Assembly: GCF_009914755.1 (NCBI RefSeq) | Contig: NC_060930.1 | Strand: one strand, 5' to 3' | DNA length: 64,000 bases | Source of the DNA: the human T2T-CHM13v2.0 reference genome, Homo sapiens | Made by a program: the position numbers and the translations under genes | The notes under the pieces: model-generated | The model's input: only the letters and a program-made list of their open reading frames with translations | What the model was told of the DNA's origin: nothing | Database searches by the model: none | Shown here: piece after piece, positions 16,969-32,209 of the stretch | Numbering within the stretch: position 1 is the first letter of the stretch | How the letters are laid out: each line of letters opens with the position of its first letter

Positions 16969-17769
16969 CTAGAAAAACAAAAGAGTTTATGATCCATCAT
17001 TTTTTTTCATTAAGTAAAAATAAAAATTACATGTAATCAAATAGTTTAAGTAAAGGTTTAGAAAACTGGCATTTGCTTTACAATTTATGATGAATATGTA
17101 CTCAAGATGAGTCTGATACATTTTAATCACATACAGTGGGGAAAAAAGAGTTAAATCCCCATCTGCGCAAATCATAAACTACAATACCAACTCTATGCTG
17201 GTTGCTTATTTTGAGTTATAGATTTATCCTACATTTTAAAAACTTGCATTCTACTTGAATAGCACGATAGACTTGTTTTAGTAGTGTAAGTGCTATTTCT
17301 GAGACTACTGTTCAGAACTATTAATACATCTATTATTCATATATATAAGAATAAATTATTTCCTCCCACTCTTTCCAGTCCCAGCACTCTAAAAAAACTG
17401 CTTTTCCAGGATACTAGTCATGTACTGGTTTCCAAACCCAAAGGCTACTGCTTAATCACATTCCTTAATCTCATTTTTATATAGACACTATCCCTGTCAT
17501 TCTTAAAACTTTCTTCCTAGAACCTATACATTTTCTTTGTTCTTTTCTGTTATCCCTTCCCTCCCAGTTTTCTAGGATCAGAATCAGGTTTTCCTTTCTC
17601 CACTAACTCCCTTAAGTAAGAGATTTTGGCAGAGTTCTAGCTCTGCTCACTCTGAATGATCTTCAGCATACGCTGCCATGGTTTCAACATTCAATTTCTA
17701 TCCTCAAGGCAGTCTCTAGCTCTGATTTCTCTTTTAAATTCCTTCATGTTTTCTACTTACTGCTGTATA

Positions 17770-18119
17770 TTATTATGGACTTCGTGTTTGTGTCTACCCA
17801 AAATTAAATGCTGAAACTCTAACCCTCAATGGGAGGATAGTGGGAGATAGGGCCTTTATGTGGTAATTAAATCATGAGGGTAGAGCCCTCAGGATGGGAT
17901 TAATGCCCTTATAAAAACAGACAGAAGAGAGCTGCTGCTTTCTTTCAAAAATGTAAGATGGCCATGTGTAAACCAGGAATAAGATCCTCACCAGAACTTG
18001 ACCATGGTGGCACCCTGATCTCGGACTTTCAGCCTCCAAAACTGAGAAATAAATTTTTGTTGTCTTAAGCCACCCAGCCTATGATATTCTTGTTATAGCA
18101 GCCTGAACTGAGTAAGACA
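17770..18119 (+). mobile_element. MLT1A-type MaLR LTR
   Basis: gatgggattaatgcccttataaaa; ends ttatagcagcctgaactgagtaagaca. Confidence 0.8.
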
Positions 18120-18807
18120 TACATATATATATATATATATACATGTACACGATGCAATACCACCAAGTCAACATGTTAGAAACTAAATTTATTATGTGTT
18201 CCCAATCTCCTTCCACAACCTGACTCTCTCTAAAAATTTTCCTTTCTAGGTTAATAGCAATACTTTCCTCCCGGTTTTGTAGGACCAGAACCTGGTTGTT
18301 ATTTATGATTCCATATCACTGCCAATATTTCAGTGCTAGGCTCAGTCAATTTTACATCCAGAAAATCTTATTTCAGGTCCGCTATTCTCTTCTTGATTAT
18401 ACCACTGCAACAGCCTCCATATTTAACTGCTTGACTTTTATACTTTATTAATTGTAAGATTAATCTTCCTAAAGTATAGATACTTTGCTTGAAAAGCTCT
18501 TTTATACTCATTATGCTTTCTATTTTTCAATCTCTGTATATGCAAGTTCTAATCATTCTTAGAACATCCTTTTTTCCATGACCCATTGAGATTCTGACAC
18601 CTGGTTAGAATTATACTTCTTTCTGTGTATTACCACAGTACATTTCCTGTACCACCATCATAGAACTTAACAAACTAATGTATATTATCTTTTTCCTAAA
18701 AGATTATGAACTACAACTAGGATTACATACTGTCTTATTCTATATTATTCTGTTTACAATATCCCCGAATCAATTTTATACATATACATATATACCCTAT
18801 AGCCTCA

Positions 18808-19014
<207 letters not shown>

Positions 19015-20402
19015 TTATTGAAAATATTATTAAGAATCAGTAAATCACTATATCTTAAAATGATACAATGAAAATTGACATTCTATCTGTTAAAAAAGAA
19101 AAAAGACTAAAAGTAATTACATCAAGGGACATACGGTATTTGGTTCATATAAATTATCTATATACCACAAAACTTAGCAACTTCTAAGAAGGAGTAAAGA
19201 CAAAAAAAATCCTTGGACTCTATGCCAAGTAAAACGGACAAATCAGCTAAAACAAAAAGGGGAAAAAATCATCAGCAGTAACCAAAGTTTAAAGAGGAAA
19301 AGAAATGGAATATTCATGAGTAGCACAGCTGCTAAGCCCACCTCCAGCCCCTGACCTTTAGCCCCCAGATACTAGACTGATGAATACACAAAATTCCGAG
19401 GATTCTCAAATACATCCAGGGAGGGAAAAAAAAGTGAATTGATATATTTTCCTTCTTTTGACCTGGCGATAGTGATAATAATGAAAACTACAACTAGAGT
19501 GAGGCAAAAAGGATAATAATACAACTGGGGCTAGCTTTTCTCCAGTAACCACCACACTAAACTAGCAGTATGCCCCCAAGGGAACAGAATATCTTCCTGT
19601 CTAGGAGAGAGGAACACTGGTACAGAGTATTTAACAGTATCTAAGAAAGCCACAGAGTAAATATTCTCATAATATCATAACCTGGGCTGAGATGTCAGAC
19701 TTCTAGAAGGTGGATGAACCAGATCTTCCAGCCCTAGAATTACAGCTCTAGGGGAAAAGAGTCTTAGATATCACAGTAAGGGAATGTTGTAGAAGCCAGA
19801 CCACTACACCAACCAATATAAGGTAAGAATAAAGCTGCTTTATATTAAACGTCCACAAAACGGAAATACATGTCATGGCAACTATGTAAATATACTTTAG
19901 CAAAAGTTAAACATAAACATCTCCCCTCAGAAAAAGGAATGAAGAAAATATAAGGCATATGAAGAATTCAGTCTGAAATAAATATAATCCAGTAAGACAA
20001 GGAAATCCCCTACCAGTATTTCATTTGAGCTATAGAAAAATAAAAAATATTTTTTGTTAAAAAAGGAGACCTCAAAAATGAAGTAAGAACAGAACACAAT
20101 GGAAAGTGGAAATCAAAGGGCTAAAGAAATGAGAAGGGAAAAAACGGACTTAACTAGTAACTATCAAGAAACAAAACAGACATAGGTAAACATAAAATTA
20201 CTGATGAAAAAAGGCTTGGGATAATTACTATAAATTCAGGTCAAGATGGAGAAACCATGACCAGACTTATCCTCCTGACTTAAACAATGGAAAAAATAAG
20301 TTTTTCAGACAATGAACAACAGGCAATGTAAAGCCAGCAATTTCTAAGAGGAGACAATGTGAGCCCTATGACTGGCCCTTATTTTATTGATTAATTGATT
20401 GA

Positions 20403-20692
<290 letters not shown>

Positions 20693-21742
20693 AACTGGCC
20701 CTTATTTCTGCCTAGGGAGAATGTTCACTGCAGGGAGGGTCTGAGAATTTTACCACCCAGAGGTGAAAAACTTTGTAATCCATGAGGCATTGGGTAAAGA
20801 TATCAGAAGGCAATTAATACTGGAGAAAAATCAGCCATCAAACTAAAGGCTGCACTAGTTGCACTTAACGAAACCTAAAGGCAAATAAAAAGATCACACT
20901 GTCTCTAAGTAAAATCACCCAAGTCAAAGATAAAAGCCCAAGAATATTTTTTTGAAAATAAAAGTATATCCAGCGCTGATCAAGGAAAAATTTACACTGG
21001 AAAGCTAACAAAAAATTAGCAGGCATGCAAAAACCAGAAAAATACAACCTATAATGAGGATCAATCAGTCAATATCAACCTGGAAATGATATAGATAACT
21101 GAGTTCATTTATAAATAGGGCATTGTAGTATTACTGTTAAGTATATATCACATGCTCAAGGAAGTAGAGGAAAACTTGATAATGTTACGGACAGACATGG
21201 AATATAATTTAAAATTAAGACCCATATCATACTTCTCCAGATGATAAAATAAGCCCCCTAAATATTGACAAGACAGAAGAAAAGATTAATAATGAACCTG
21301 AAGACATAAGAAAATAAATGATCCAAAATGAAAGAGAGATAAAAATAAGAAAAGGATCAGAACATTGTGAGACAACTTTAAATAGCCTAATATAAGTGAA
21401 ATTAGAGTCCCTGAAATGAACTTCAATTGGAGAGAAGTGACACAAAGGTGCTTCTGAGGAAGTAATTGCCCAAATTTTTCCAAATTTATGAAAACGATAA
21501 ACTCACAGATCCAGGAAACTCAACAAAGCCCTAGCAAAATAAACATGAAAACCACACCAAGTCACATCATAATCAAATTACTTAAAAAAGTAATAATCAG
21601 AAAAATCTTAAAAGTAGGCAGAAAAATAAAATGTACATTATAAACTGAGGAACAAAGAAATAAATCACACTTCTAGTAAGAAACGGTTCAAGCCTAAAAT
21701 CAGTACCGAAAGAAAAAAATATGTAAACATAGAATTTTGTAC

Positions 21743-21986
21743 GCATATTCTCACTGATAGGTGTGAATTGAACAGTGAGATCACATGGACACAGGAAGGG
21801 GAATATCATACTCTGGGGACTGTGGTGGGGTTGGGGGAGGGGGGAGGGATAGCATTGGGAGATATACCTAATGCTAGATGACGAGTTAGTGGGTGCAGCG
21901 CACCAGCATGGCACATGTATACATATGTAACTAACCTGCACAATGTGCACATGTACCCTAAAACTTAAAGTATAATAAAAAAAAAA
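21743..21986 (+). mobile_element. 5'-truncated young L1 (L1PA2-like) 3' end with TSD
   Basis: gagatcacatggacacaggaaggggaatatca, gatgacGAGttagtggg, aaaacttAaagtat, poly-A; TSD agaattttgtac (21731-21742) / agaattttatac (21987-21998). Confidence 0.88.
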
Positions 21987-24900
21987 AGAATTTTATACTC
22001 AGTGAAAATATCTTCCAAAAATTAAGGCAAAATAAAGACATTTTCAGGAATAGAAAAGACAAAATAATCCAAACAAGCAGAATTAAACTACCAGAAATGT
22101 TGAAGGAAATCCTCCAAGAAAGAAAATTATACCAGAGAGAAATTTGGATTTGCATACAAAGGAATATGAAAGAGACATATTCTTCTTATTTAAAAAAATG
22201 GGCCAGAATTACAGAGACTAAATCCAAAGACATCATAAGAAAATAATAGACCGATATCCCTCATAAACATACACAAAAAAATTCTTAATGATATTTTAGC
22301 AGGTCAAAAACAGCAATATGAAAGTATATAAAAAGGATAATATATTGCCACCAGGTAGAGTTTAGCCTGGAAAAGCAAGGCTGGTTCCACTTTTAAAAAT
22401 CAACCAATGACCTCTACTGTATAAACAGACTAAAGAAAAAAAACAAGGTCATCTCAATAGATACAGAAAAACCATTTGACAAAATTCAATACCTATTCAT
22501 GATATAAACTGTCAGCAAAGAATAGAAGATAACATCCTTAACTTGATAAATGGCATTTACAAATACCTATAGCTCTCACCCATAATTAATGACGAAAGTC
22601 TGAATGCTTTCCCTGTAAGACATCAAACAAGGCAAAATACCTCTCTCACCATTTGAATTCAACTTCACACTGGAGGTCCCAGCCAATATAATGAGGCAAG
22701 AAAGAAAATAAAACATAAAAATTGGAATGGAAGACACGAAACTGCCCTCTTCACATATAACACAACTGTCTATATAGAAAATCCCAAAGAGGGCCATACA
22801 CCATGGCTCACACCCGTAATCCCAGCAATTTGGGAAGCTGAGGCAGGAGGACCATTTGAGCCTAGGAGTTCAAGGAGTTCAATGATAGCGCCACTGCACT
22901 CGAGTCTGGATGACAACAAAACAAAACAAATAAAAACAATAAAAATACCCCACAAAGAACCTACAAAAATGCAACTAGAACTAACTCATCGGTTTAATAA
23001 GGTCACATGATAAAAAGTCAATATACACAATCATGTTTCTACGTATTAGTAACAACTGAAAACAAAAAGAAAATAGTTATAAATCTAACAAAACATAGAC
23101 AAGATCTCAAATAATGAAAACTACAAAACATCGGTGAAAGAAATCAAAGACCTAAATGAATGGCAAAATATACAGAGTTCATAGTTGGAAGACAATTATT
23201 TTCAAGATATCAGGTCTTTCCAAACTTATCTATAGATTCAGCCCAATTCCAATCACAATCCCAACATCAGATTTACAGAAATAAACTAGCTGAACAGGCA
23301 AAAAACACCAGAATAGCTCAAACAAGTCTGAAAAAAGAACAAAGTTAAAAGACACACTACCTGATTTCAAGACTAGCATTAAAGTGACAGTAATTAAAAC
23401 AGAGTGATATAGGGAAAAGGGTGGACACACTAAGTAGAACACAATAAAGTTCAGAAATAGATTCATGCAAATATAATCAAAGGATTTTTGACAAAGATAC
23501 CAAAGCAATTCACTATGGAAAGGATAATCTTTTTAACAGATGTTGCTGAAATAATTGGATATTCATACATTTTTTAGAAAGTTAACCTTAAGCCATAATC
23601 AAACCATATATGAGAATTAAGATTTCCTAGATACCATATAAAAAACAGGACTCACAAAAGAAAAACAAATGAATTGGGCTTCATCAAAATTAAGAACTTT
23701 TGCTCTTTGAAACACACTGCTGAGAATGAAAAAGCAAGCCATAAACTTGAAAATACTTGCAAGTGAGGTACATGATAAATCATCGGCACCCAGAATATAA
23801 AAAGAACTCTAAAAACTCAGTGATAAGAAAACAAACAACTCAATTAAAAATGGGCAAAATATTTAAACAGATACTTTAATAAAAGGCATATAGACAGCAA
23901 ATAAGCAAAGAAAAAGTGCTCAATATCATTATTAGGGAAATGTACATTAAAATCAGAGATACTACTGCATGCATATTAGAACGGCTAAAATGAAATAAAC
24001 TGATGATACCAACTACTGACAAGAATGCAGAGCAACTAGAACTCTCTTACTTTGGTGGCGGGAATGAAAAATGGTACAACCATTTTGGAAACCAGTTTGA
24101 CTGTTTCTTATTTTTAAATCAAACATGCACTTACTGTATGAATAAGCAAATCCACACTCAGATATTTATTCAAGTGAAATAAGAACTTATAATTACACAA
24201 AAAAACCTTGATGGGAATGCTTATAGCTACTTTATTTGTAATCATCAAAACCTACAAAGGCTCCTCAAATGGTGAATGGATAAATTGTGGTACATCCAAA
24301 CAAAAACAATATTCAACAATAAAAACATACGGAGAATGAAACTCATTATGTGCTAAGTAAAAGAAGCCAGACTCAAAGACTATATATTGTAGGATTCCAT
24401 TAATATGACACTCTAGAAAGGCAAAATCCTAAAGACAGAAAATAGGGGTTGCCAAGGACAGGACAGTGCAATTTTTTAGGATGATCGATGTTCCAAAACG
24501 GTTACACGACTAGAGATGCATTTGTCAAAACTCATGGAACTGTATATTACAAAGAGTAAATTCTACTGTATGTAAATTATACCTTAACTAAAAAAAGTCC
24601 TTAAAATAGAGAATCCTCTAAATAAATGAATTAAAGGATATTCACAGATCTAATATAAGAAAAATTCCTTAGATGGAAAAATAATCTGTGCATCAAAAGA
24701 GCACACTACTTTTTGAGAAGGGGAAAAAAAGTGATAAAAGATTTAAACTCAGACTTATCTGGTTATTTAATTTCTAAGATAAACAAAAACTCTTCAGCTA
24801 CTCAGGCAGAGGAAACAAACCACCTATGCACGTGCAGAGGGACGGTGTGGAAACCAGGCTGATATAAGACAGAATACGAAAGAGAAATAACTACAAAGTT

Positions 24901-26270
24901 CTGAAGGAAATTCGTATACTATATTATACCAGTCCAAAATGTCTCTCAAGAATTTAGCAGGCACTTTCAAAAACCAAAGAACTTAGAGATTCCGGCACCA
25001 ATAAATCCTTTTTGAAAAATCTACTGATGACAAAATGTGGTCAATTAGGAGATGACATTAAAATAAAAAATTAGAGCAAAGCAATGGTAAGCCAAGGACT
25101 GGTAGAGAGCTTTGCATCCACTTAAGTTTAGAGCACTGGTTCTCAAACTGTAACAACTACCAGAATTACCTGGAGGGCTTATTAAAACATAGAATGCCCC
25201 CAGTCAATGTTTCTAGGGTATAAGATAATGGCAACATAAAAATAATAGTACAAAGTGCTTCTAGTTAAAGATGGCAGACTGAATATATTAATTTACCTAT
25301 GTTCACTCTAGAAATCCCAATAAAATAAAAAATAAAGGTTTGGGGTTTTTTTTCTTTAAAAAAGAAAGAATAAAATGTAAAAGTCAAAAAGAACTAGATC
25401 TTTTGTTCTAGTTCTTTTGTTTTGTTCTTCCCAGAACAAATCTAGGAAGTAGAAACTACGAAGTAGTAACAACCTTAACAGAGAAAGCTGAATTCTAAGT
25501 TATCAAAGGAAAAAGTTAACGAGCAACACAATTCATTTGGCAGAATCCCCAAATAGTTCAGGAACTGGTGGCACCAGGAGTCTCTGTAAGTGACACTAAA
25601 GGTATAGTAAAAATAGATGATTGGTTGAATGTCTTTCCAAAGAGCAGTTAAGACTCCCAGATTTCATTCCATTTCTTGCACTAGTCACCTGAAAGAATAA
25701 AACATGAGGTTTGACAGGGAAACACCAAGTAGAGTTGACAGAAGGGGTTCCATACTAAAAACATAAAATTAAGTCAAATTTTATGTACTGAATGTGAAGA
25801 ACCTCATCATTCTTTCCCTCACTTGCCTTCCAGAATGCAGGTATATTCCCCAGGTTGGAGACTGGAAGTGTACCCTGAATCTATCAATAGCCCTAGATAA
25901 ATATCTGCATTAGGCTTCCACAATAAACTGGTTGAGCCAGATCACTTCACGGTAGTCACAGCTGACAAGTCCTACACCAAGCTCTTGAGTGTCCCACTCC
26001 TAAATACGAACAAATAGCTACTGACCACTGAATACTCCGGAAAACACTAAGATCAATGAAAGTGGGAGGAGTGGATAGGAGAAACTTGAAAAGAAATTAT
26101 AGGCAGACATAAAAGCATAAAAAATTTGGTATTTTTAATATACTTACAGAGTATATTAATAAACTATATAGTACAGGGTATATCATAAAGATAAAAATAA
26201 AGATTTTTTTAAAAAGGGAGAAAGCTTGCTTCCATGAAACAAACACAGGATGCTATAAAAATGGAACAGA

Positions 26271-26557
26271 GGCCAGGAACGGTGGCTCACACCTGTAATC
26301 CCAGCACTTTGGGAGGTTGAGGCTGGCAGATCACTTGAGGTCAGGAGTTCAAGACCAGCCTGGCCAACATGGTGAAACAGTCTCTACTAAAAATACAAAA
26401 ATTACCCAGGGATGGTGTTGTGCACCTATAGTCCCAGCTACTCAGAAGGCTGAGGCATTTGAACTTGGGAGGCGGAATTGCTCGAACTTGGGAGGCGGAA
26501 GTTTCAGTGAGCCGAGATCACGCCACTACGCTCCATCCCGGGCAACAAAGCAAGACT
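26271..26557 (+). mobile_element. AluS with internal duplication (gaacttgggaggcggaa x2)
   Basis: Alu dimer lacking a long poly-A tail. Confidence 0.9.
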
Positions 26558-26611
26558 AGGTGAAACAGAGAACAAAACAGACTCTTGGTAATTAAAAATG
26601 TTACAGCAGAG

Positions 26612-26945
26612 GTTTTTGTTGTTGTTTGTTTTTTGAGACAGAGTCTCACTCTGTCGTCCAGGCTGGAATGTAGGCTTTACTAGAGTGCAGTGGCATGATT
26701 ACAGCTCACTGAAGCCACAACCTCCCTGGGTTTAGGTGATCCCCCCACCTCAGCCTCTACAGAAGCTGAGATCACAGATACGCTGGGTGTAGCTGGGACC
26801 ATAAGCACGCACCACCACGCCTGGCTAATTTTTTTGTATTTTTTGTATAGACAGTGTTTTGCCATGTTGCCAAGGCCTGAGCTCAAGTGATCTGCCTACC
26901 TTGGCCTCCCAAAGTGCTAAGATTATAGGTGTGAGCACACTGCCC
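26612..26945 (-). mobile_element. AluJ-like element
   Basis: Antisense diverged Alu with small insertions. Confidence 0.88.
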
Positions 26946-27639
26946 CTATAGCAGAGGTTTAAAAATTCAACAGAAGTCCAATCAGTCAATAAAAAAATTT
27001 AAAAAATAAAATTCAACGGAAGTTCTGAAAACAATCAAGGAAATTTCTCAGAAAGCCGTGCAAAAAGCCAATGAGATGGAAAGCAGAAAGGAAGAAACCT
27101 AGAGTTTCAGTCCAGGAAGCATAATATGTGAATAACAGAAAGACAATGTAGAAAATACAGGTGAGAAAATTAAAGAATTCAAGAAATGTAATTAACTGGT
27201 GGAGAAGTGAAGGATGGAAAGGTCATACAGAAAAAGTTTCTAAAATGACTTCAGAATACCCAGCAGCAAGACTACAAGTCTACAAAGGAGCATCAAAATT
27301 CTGAGGGAAAATGACTTCCAATCTAGACTTCTATGACCAAAGTGTACCTCCTATGTGCTTCTGTCAAGGAGCATTATACCAAAACATGGTCGTCAACCAA
27401 ATGAATACAAGCAATGAAGAAAAAAAGGGTTTCAACCTAAGAGAGAGGAAATGTACATCCTCATTAGAGGATAAAGTGAGATCCAGGATGAAAACAGTTG
27501 ACTATAGACTAGAGCAGGTCAGAAGATTCTGGGAGAGATAACCTCCAAGGTTCGATCAATCATGACATGTATCTGAACTTAGAGATGCATACAGCTGGGG
27601 AAAAGTCTGAGGTTAAATAATTTAAATACACTGAAAATA

Positions 27640-27940
27640 GGCTGGGTGCGGTGGCTCACACCTATAATCCCAGCACTTCGGGAGGCCAAGGCAGGTGGAT
27701 CACTTGAGGCTAGGAGTTCTGAGACCAGCCTGGCCAACATGACAAAACACCATCTCTACTAAAAATATAAAAATTAGCTGGGTGTGGTGGCACATGCCTG
27801 TAATCCCAGCTACTCAGGAGGCTGAGGCAAGCGAATCACTTGAACCCGGAAGGTTCAAAGTCGCAGTGAGCTGAGATCGCGCCACTGCACTCCAGCCTGG
27901 GCAATGCAGTGAGATTCTGTCAAAAAAAGAAAAGAAAGCA
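27640..27940 (+). mobile_element. AluS/J
   Basis: Full dimer. Confidence 0.92.
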
Positions 27941-28564
27941 AACCAATGAACAAAAAATGTTGTGCATGAAAGGAAAAGTCATTGCATATTTAGTACAAGG
28001 CTGACCTATGAAGAGCATTACACAAATAAAGAACTAACATGTAAGTGCTTGCTACAGCTTTACATATATAAACTTATTTAAATAGTCACAATAATGTTCA
28101 TTTACCAAAATTATTTAGTATTATGGAAAGCTATGGGGACATCAATGTGTGTGTGTGATTTTGGTGGGGGTAGGGATGAGGGCCAGTTGAAATCAAGGGA
28201 TGACTGCTAAATCTTCGTCTTCCATAGTTAGAAGACAATGTCTAAAACAAATAAACAAAATCAAGAATACACTATATGTATGTTAATTAGAAATACGGCA
28301 ATAAATACCAAAAGAAATACTGTCTCCAAAGGGAGGAAATGGGAGTGGTATACTATTTTTCTTAAGCGCATAGAGAAGTATGTACATACAGAATTATGAA
28401 TTAAAAAATTTAAAAATGATACAATTAATTAAACCTGGGAACTAGGGGAATGGGTGAATATTGATTTGTTCCACCTTTCAGAGAAGTGAATCTAAAATTA
28501 AAATGTCCTTAAAAAGTTACTCCAACTTCAATGTCTTATACAATGTTTTTCTTAAACTTAAACC

Positions 28565-28785
28565 AGACTTTCTTAACCATGTTGTTATTGCTATTTTGGG
28601 CTGAATAATTATTTGTTGTTGGGGGCTATCCTATACATTGTAGATTTAGCAGCATCCTTGTCCTCTACCAACTAACTAGATGCTAGTGGCACCCCTCACC
28701 CCAGGTTGTGACAATGAAAAATGTCTGCAGATATTGCCAAATGCCCACTGGGGAGCAAAACTGTGTCCAGTTGAAAATCACTGCT
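28565..28785 (-). mobile_element. MER20 (hAT-Charlie)
   Basis: gttgtgacaatgaaaaatgtctgcagatattgccaaatg...ccagttgaaaatcactg; ~220 bp. Confidence 0.8.
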
Positions 28786-29649
28786 ATGGAAACACCTCCT
28801 TAGAAGAATCTTTTTAAGAAACTCTCCTGACAAATGTTAACATTTAAGAATTACTTTTTTTTTTGTTAAATTCAAGAAACATTAAATTCAATGCTTTGCT
28901 TAAAAATATGTTTAAGATGCTGCCATTCCTAAGAATATATTTTTGTCTATTCATCCACCCATGTGTATACAAATACACAATGCACCCATGCATTGAGAGA
29001 GAAGGAAGATTTTGGGGGGACATTTTTATTTAATTTCTACTCTGCATTGCTTGACCATTCATAGCAACTATAAATCATTTCTATAAAACAAGTCACTGTA
29101 TTAACAAAAATTTAGGAGGTTGGCAAAAAATACGCACTCAGTAATCACTAGTTCTTAACGACTTAACTAAACTAAATATCTTGATAGGTATTGTATATAA
29201 GGCTCACCCATTCAAAAAAAAAATCAATTCTGTCTACTCACTAATACCAATGTTGAGACTGGGATGGGGAAAAGCATGTAAGTAGGTATTAGTGATTGGT
29301 AATGTTATAGTTATAGGATTAGTTGGTATGATGTTTATAATGTTTAAAGTAATTAACAATCAAAAAAAGAGACAACCATGCATGAATAAAAAATTATACT
29401 GCCATGAACCAAGGATTATGATCAATCTAATTCTAGGTCTCTTAGCAGCAAACAAAAAGTGAACAATTTAACACTCCAATTTCTGCTCAGTGGTATTACA
29501 CATAATTTGTCTCTTTATAGTTCAGACATTTTCTACAATTATTTTATAAATAAGGAAAAAACTTTTACTAAATTTGATTAAGCCTGCAGAAACTTGTACT
29601 AATTAAGAATGAGGTTGGTTTGTTTTTAATTCTGGCTTACCTGATCTAA

Positions 29650-30172
<523 letters not shown>

Positions 30173-31313
30173 TCTGAGTGTTACTTTTGAAAAGCTGAAT
30201 AAATTTTAATTTCATCAAAACCTCTAAGTAAATGAGCACATTAACTGTTAAGAATGTGGAAGAGATGGTCCCCTTCAATGACTATTGGCCTGCAGTAAAA
30301 TCAAACAATTAATGAATAGAGACAGAGGCACAAGGAAGAAAAGGGAAAAAGATTACTGAAACTGCAAACAATAAAATAAATTCCAAACTGAGCACGGTAG
30401 CACCTGCCTGTAGTACCAGCTACCTGGGAGGCTGAGGTTACACTTAAGCCCAGCAGTTCCAGGCTGCAGTTCACTACGACCATCCCCTGCACTTCAGCCC
30501 GGCCAATACACTTAGACCCCCATCTCTAAAAAACTGCCTCACTGCTTCTACCTTTTTAATGTACTTCGCTATTAACACAGAAACTAAAAGGCAGGGTCAA
30601 TTTTATCACGGACATTCTTCTAATCAATAAAGGTGGCGATCTATTTTGTAAAAGGGAAAACATGTATCTCATCTTTTAAATCTCTATTATATACAAAAAA
30701 CTACAGCACGCCCACTTCATAACTGGACAAGATACGACATTACAAATTGAATTGCATAACATCTTCCAATAAAAAACCGATGAAAACAATCTTATATGAT
30801 AATCAATTATCAGTTTTCAAAACTGTTTATCACACTAAATATGCCTCTTTTGTATAAAAGTCAATAATTAAACTCTCTAATATCTTGAGATAAAATATTC
30901 CAGGCTTCCGTGCAAGAAGAAATACCATATAATCAAAAGAACAGACTGGCTGGAGTAACAATCCCCACATTATTATTTGATTAAAATTCAACATTTTTAG
31001 TTCAAGACATATCAAAACCTTTAAGAGTATATATAACGGAATCATTTGGGAAGTCAGAAAAGCAATTGTTAGAAACAGAATTAACAAATTCCAGACTAAA
31101 GAAAAGTGATTTGAGTCCAAATACCTCGCCTAAAATTACAAATATCTTTATTAACTGCACTGCCAATGTTTTGCCTACTATTTTGGAGGGGGCAGAGATT
31201 ATCTTAAATAAACTGAAATTTGTGCCACACGGACCAAAGTCTTGCCACTATACTGAAAATAGTTTTACTCTAACAACTCTTTAATGAAAATGCAATGTAC
31301 AGCTAATTAAGCA

Positions 31314-31401
31314 TGAAATTTCAGATGACACACGCATGTTTTGTGCCTAAAGACAAAATTGTCATTAGGCACAAGGCATGCGTGTGTCATCTGAAATTTC
31401 A
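31314..31401. repeat. 88-nt inverted repeat (43-bp arms, 2-nt spacer)
   Basis: Arms 31314-31356 and 31359-31401 are reverse complements at 40/43 positions. Confidence 0.95.
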
Positions 31402-32015
31402 ATTTTAAGTTGAAATCTGAAATTGACACTTCAAACAGTTACGGCAGAGCTATGACTATTTGTTTCAAAAACAATATTACTACATTAGCATTACTGCCAG
31501 GCGGTTCCAAATGACGACAGGCACTTTTTAATCATAATCTGCGCCACTGAACAAAGAGGGCGACATGAATCCAGGAACGACAGTGCGGCAGTCTGAGGTC
31601 GCCAGGAAAGAGATGACAACAGAGTGGGTACCCCACCGAAGGAAAGGGGCAAAGACCTTTGTAGAGATGGCCTGCGCAGATACAAACAAAACCACGAAAA
31701 GGGACCTCAAAGAATGGGAGACAGCGTTCACGAAGCAGGGGTGGGGGAGGGGCCCTATTCTAGTTCTCTTCCTCAATTTGAGTCATCTTCCCATCGCCAC
31801 TAAACCTTACGGCCAGTGATCAGTTCTTCGCAAGACCCAAAGCTCTGAAGCTGAGTCTGAGTGACGAGAGGAGACGGGAAGAAAACGGGGACAGAGAGGG
31901 CACTCCCTGTTGGGTGGGGCACCACATTCCCGCCGGCCTTACCCAGCCCCGGCTCGGATCGCCTTCTCTTTGGTCTCTCACACTAGCACCCCAGAGGCCG
32001 CAAAAAGCACCTTAC

Positions 32016-32054
32016 CCAGCTCGCCATGGAGCACAGCCCCAGGACGCTCCCCAT
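32016..32054 (-). CDS. SERINC1: SERINC1 coding exon 1 (MGSVLGLCSMASW)
   Basis: ATG at 32054 in context gagATGg; donor TGG|gtaagg; 39 nt. Confidence 0.96.
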
Positions 32055-32209
32055 CTCCACAACGTCACAAGAGCAGCGGATACAGACAAGATGGAGACAG
32101 CTTCTTTCTCGCCTTTCCGAGATTATTTACTATCTGCGAGACACTTCCGGACGCACAGCGCAACCCGCCCCTCAGCCTCGCGTCACTTCCTTCCAGGCCT
32201 GGGTGGGAT

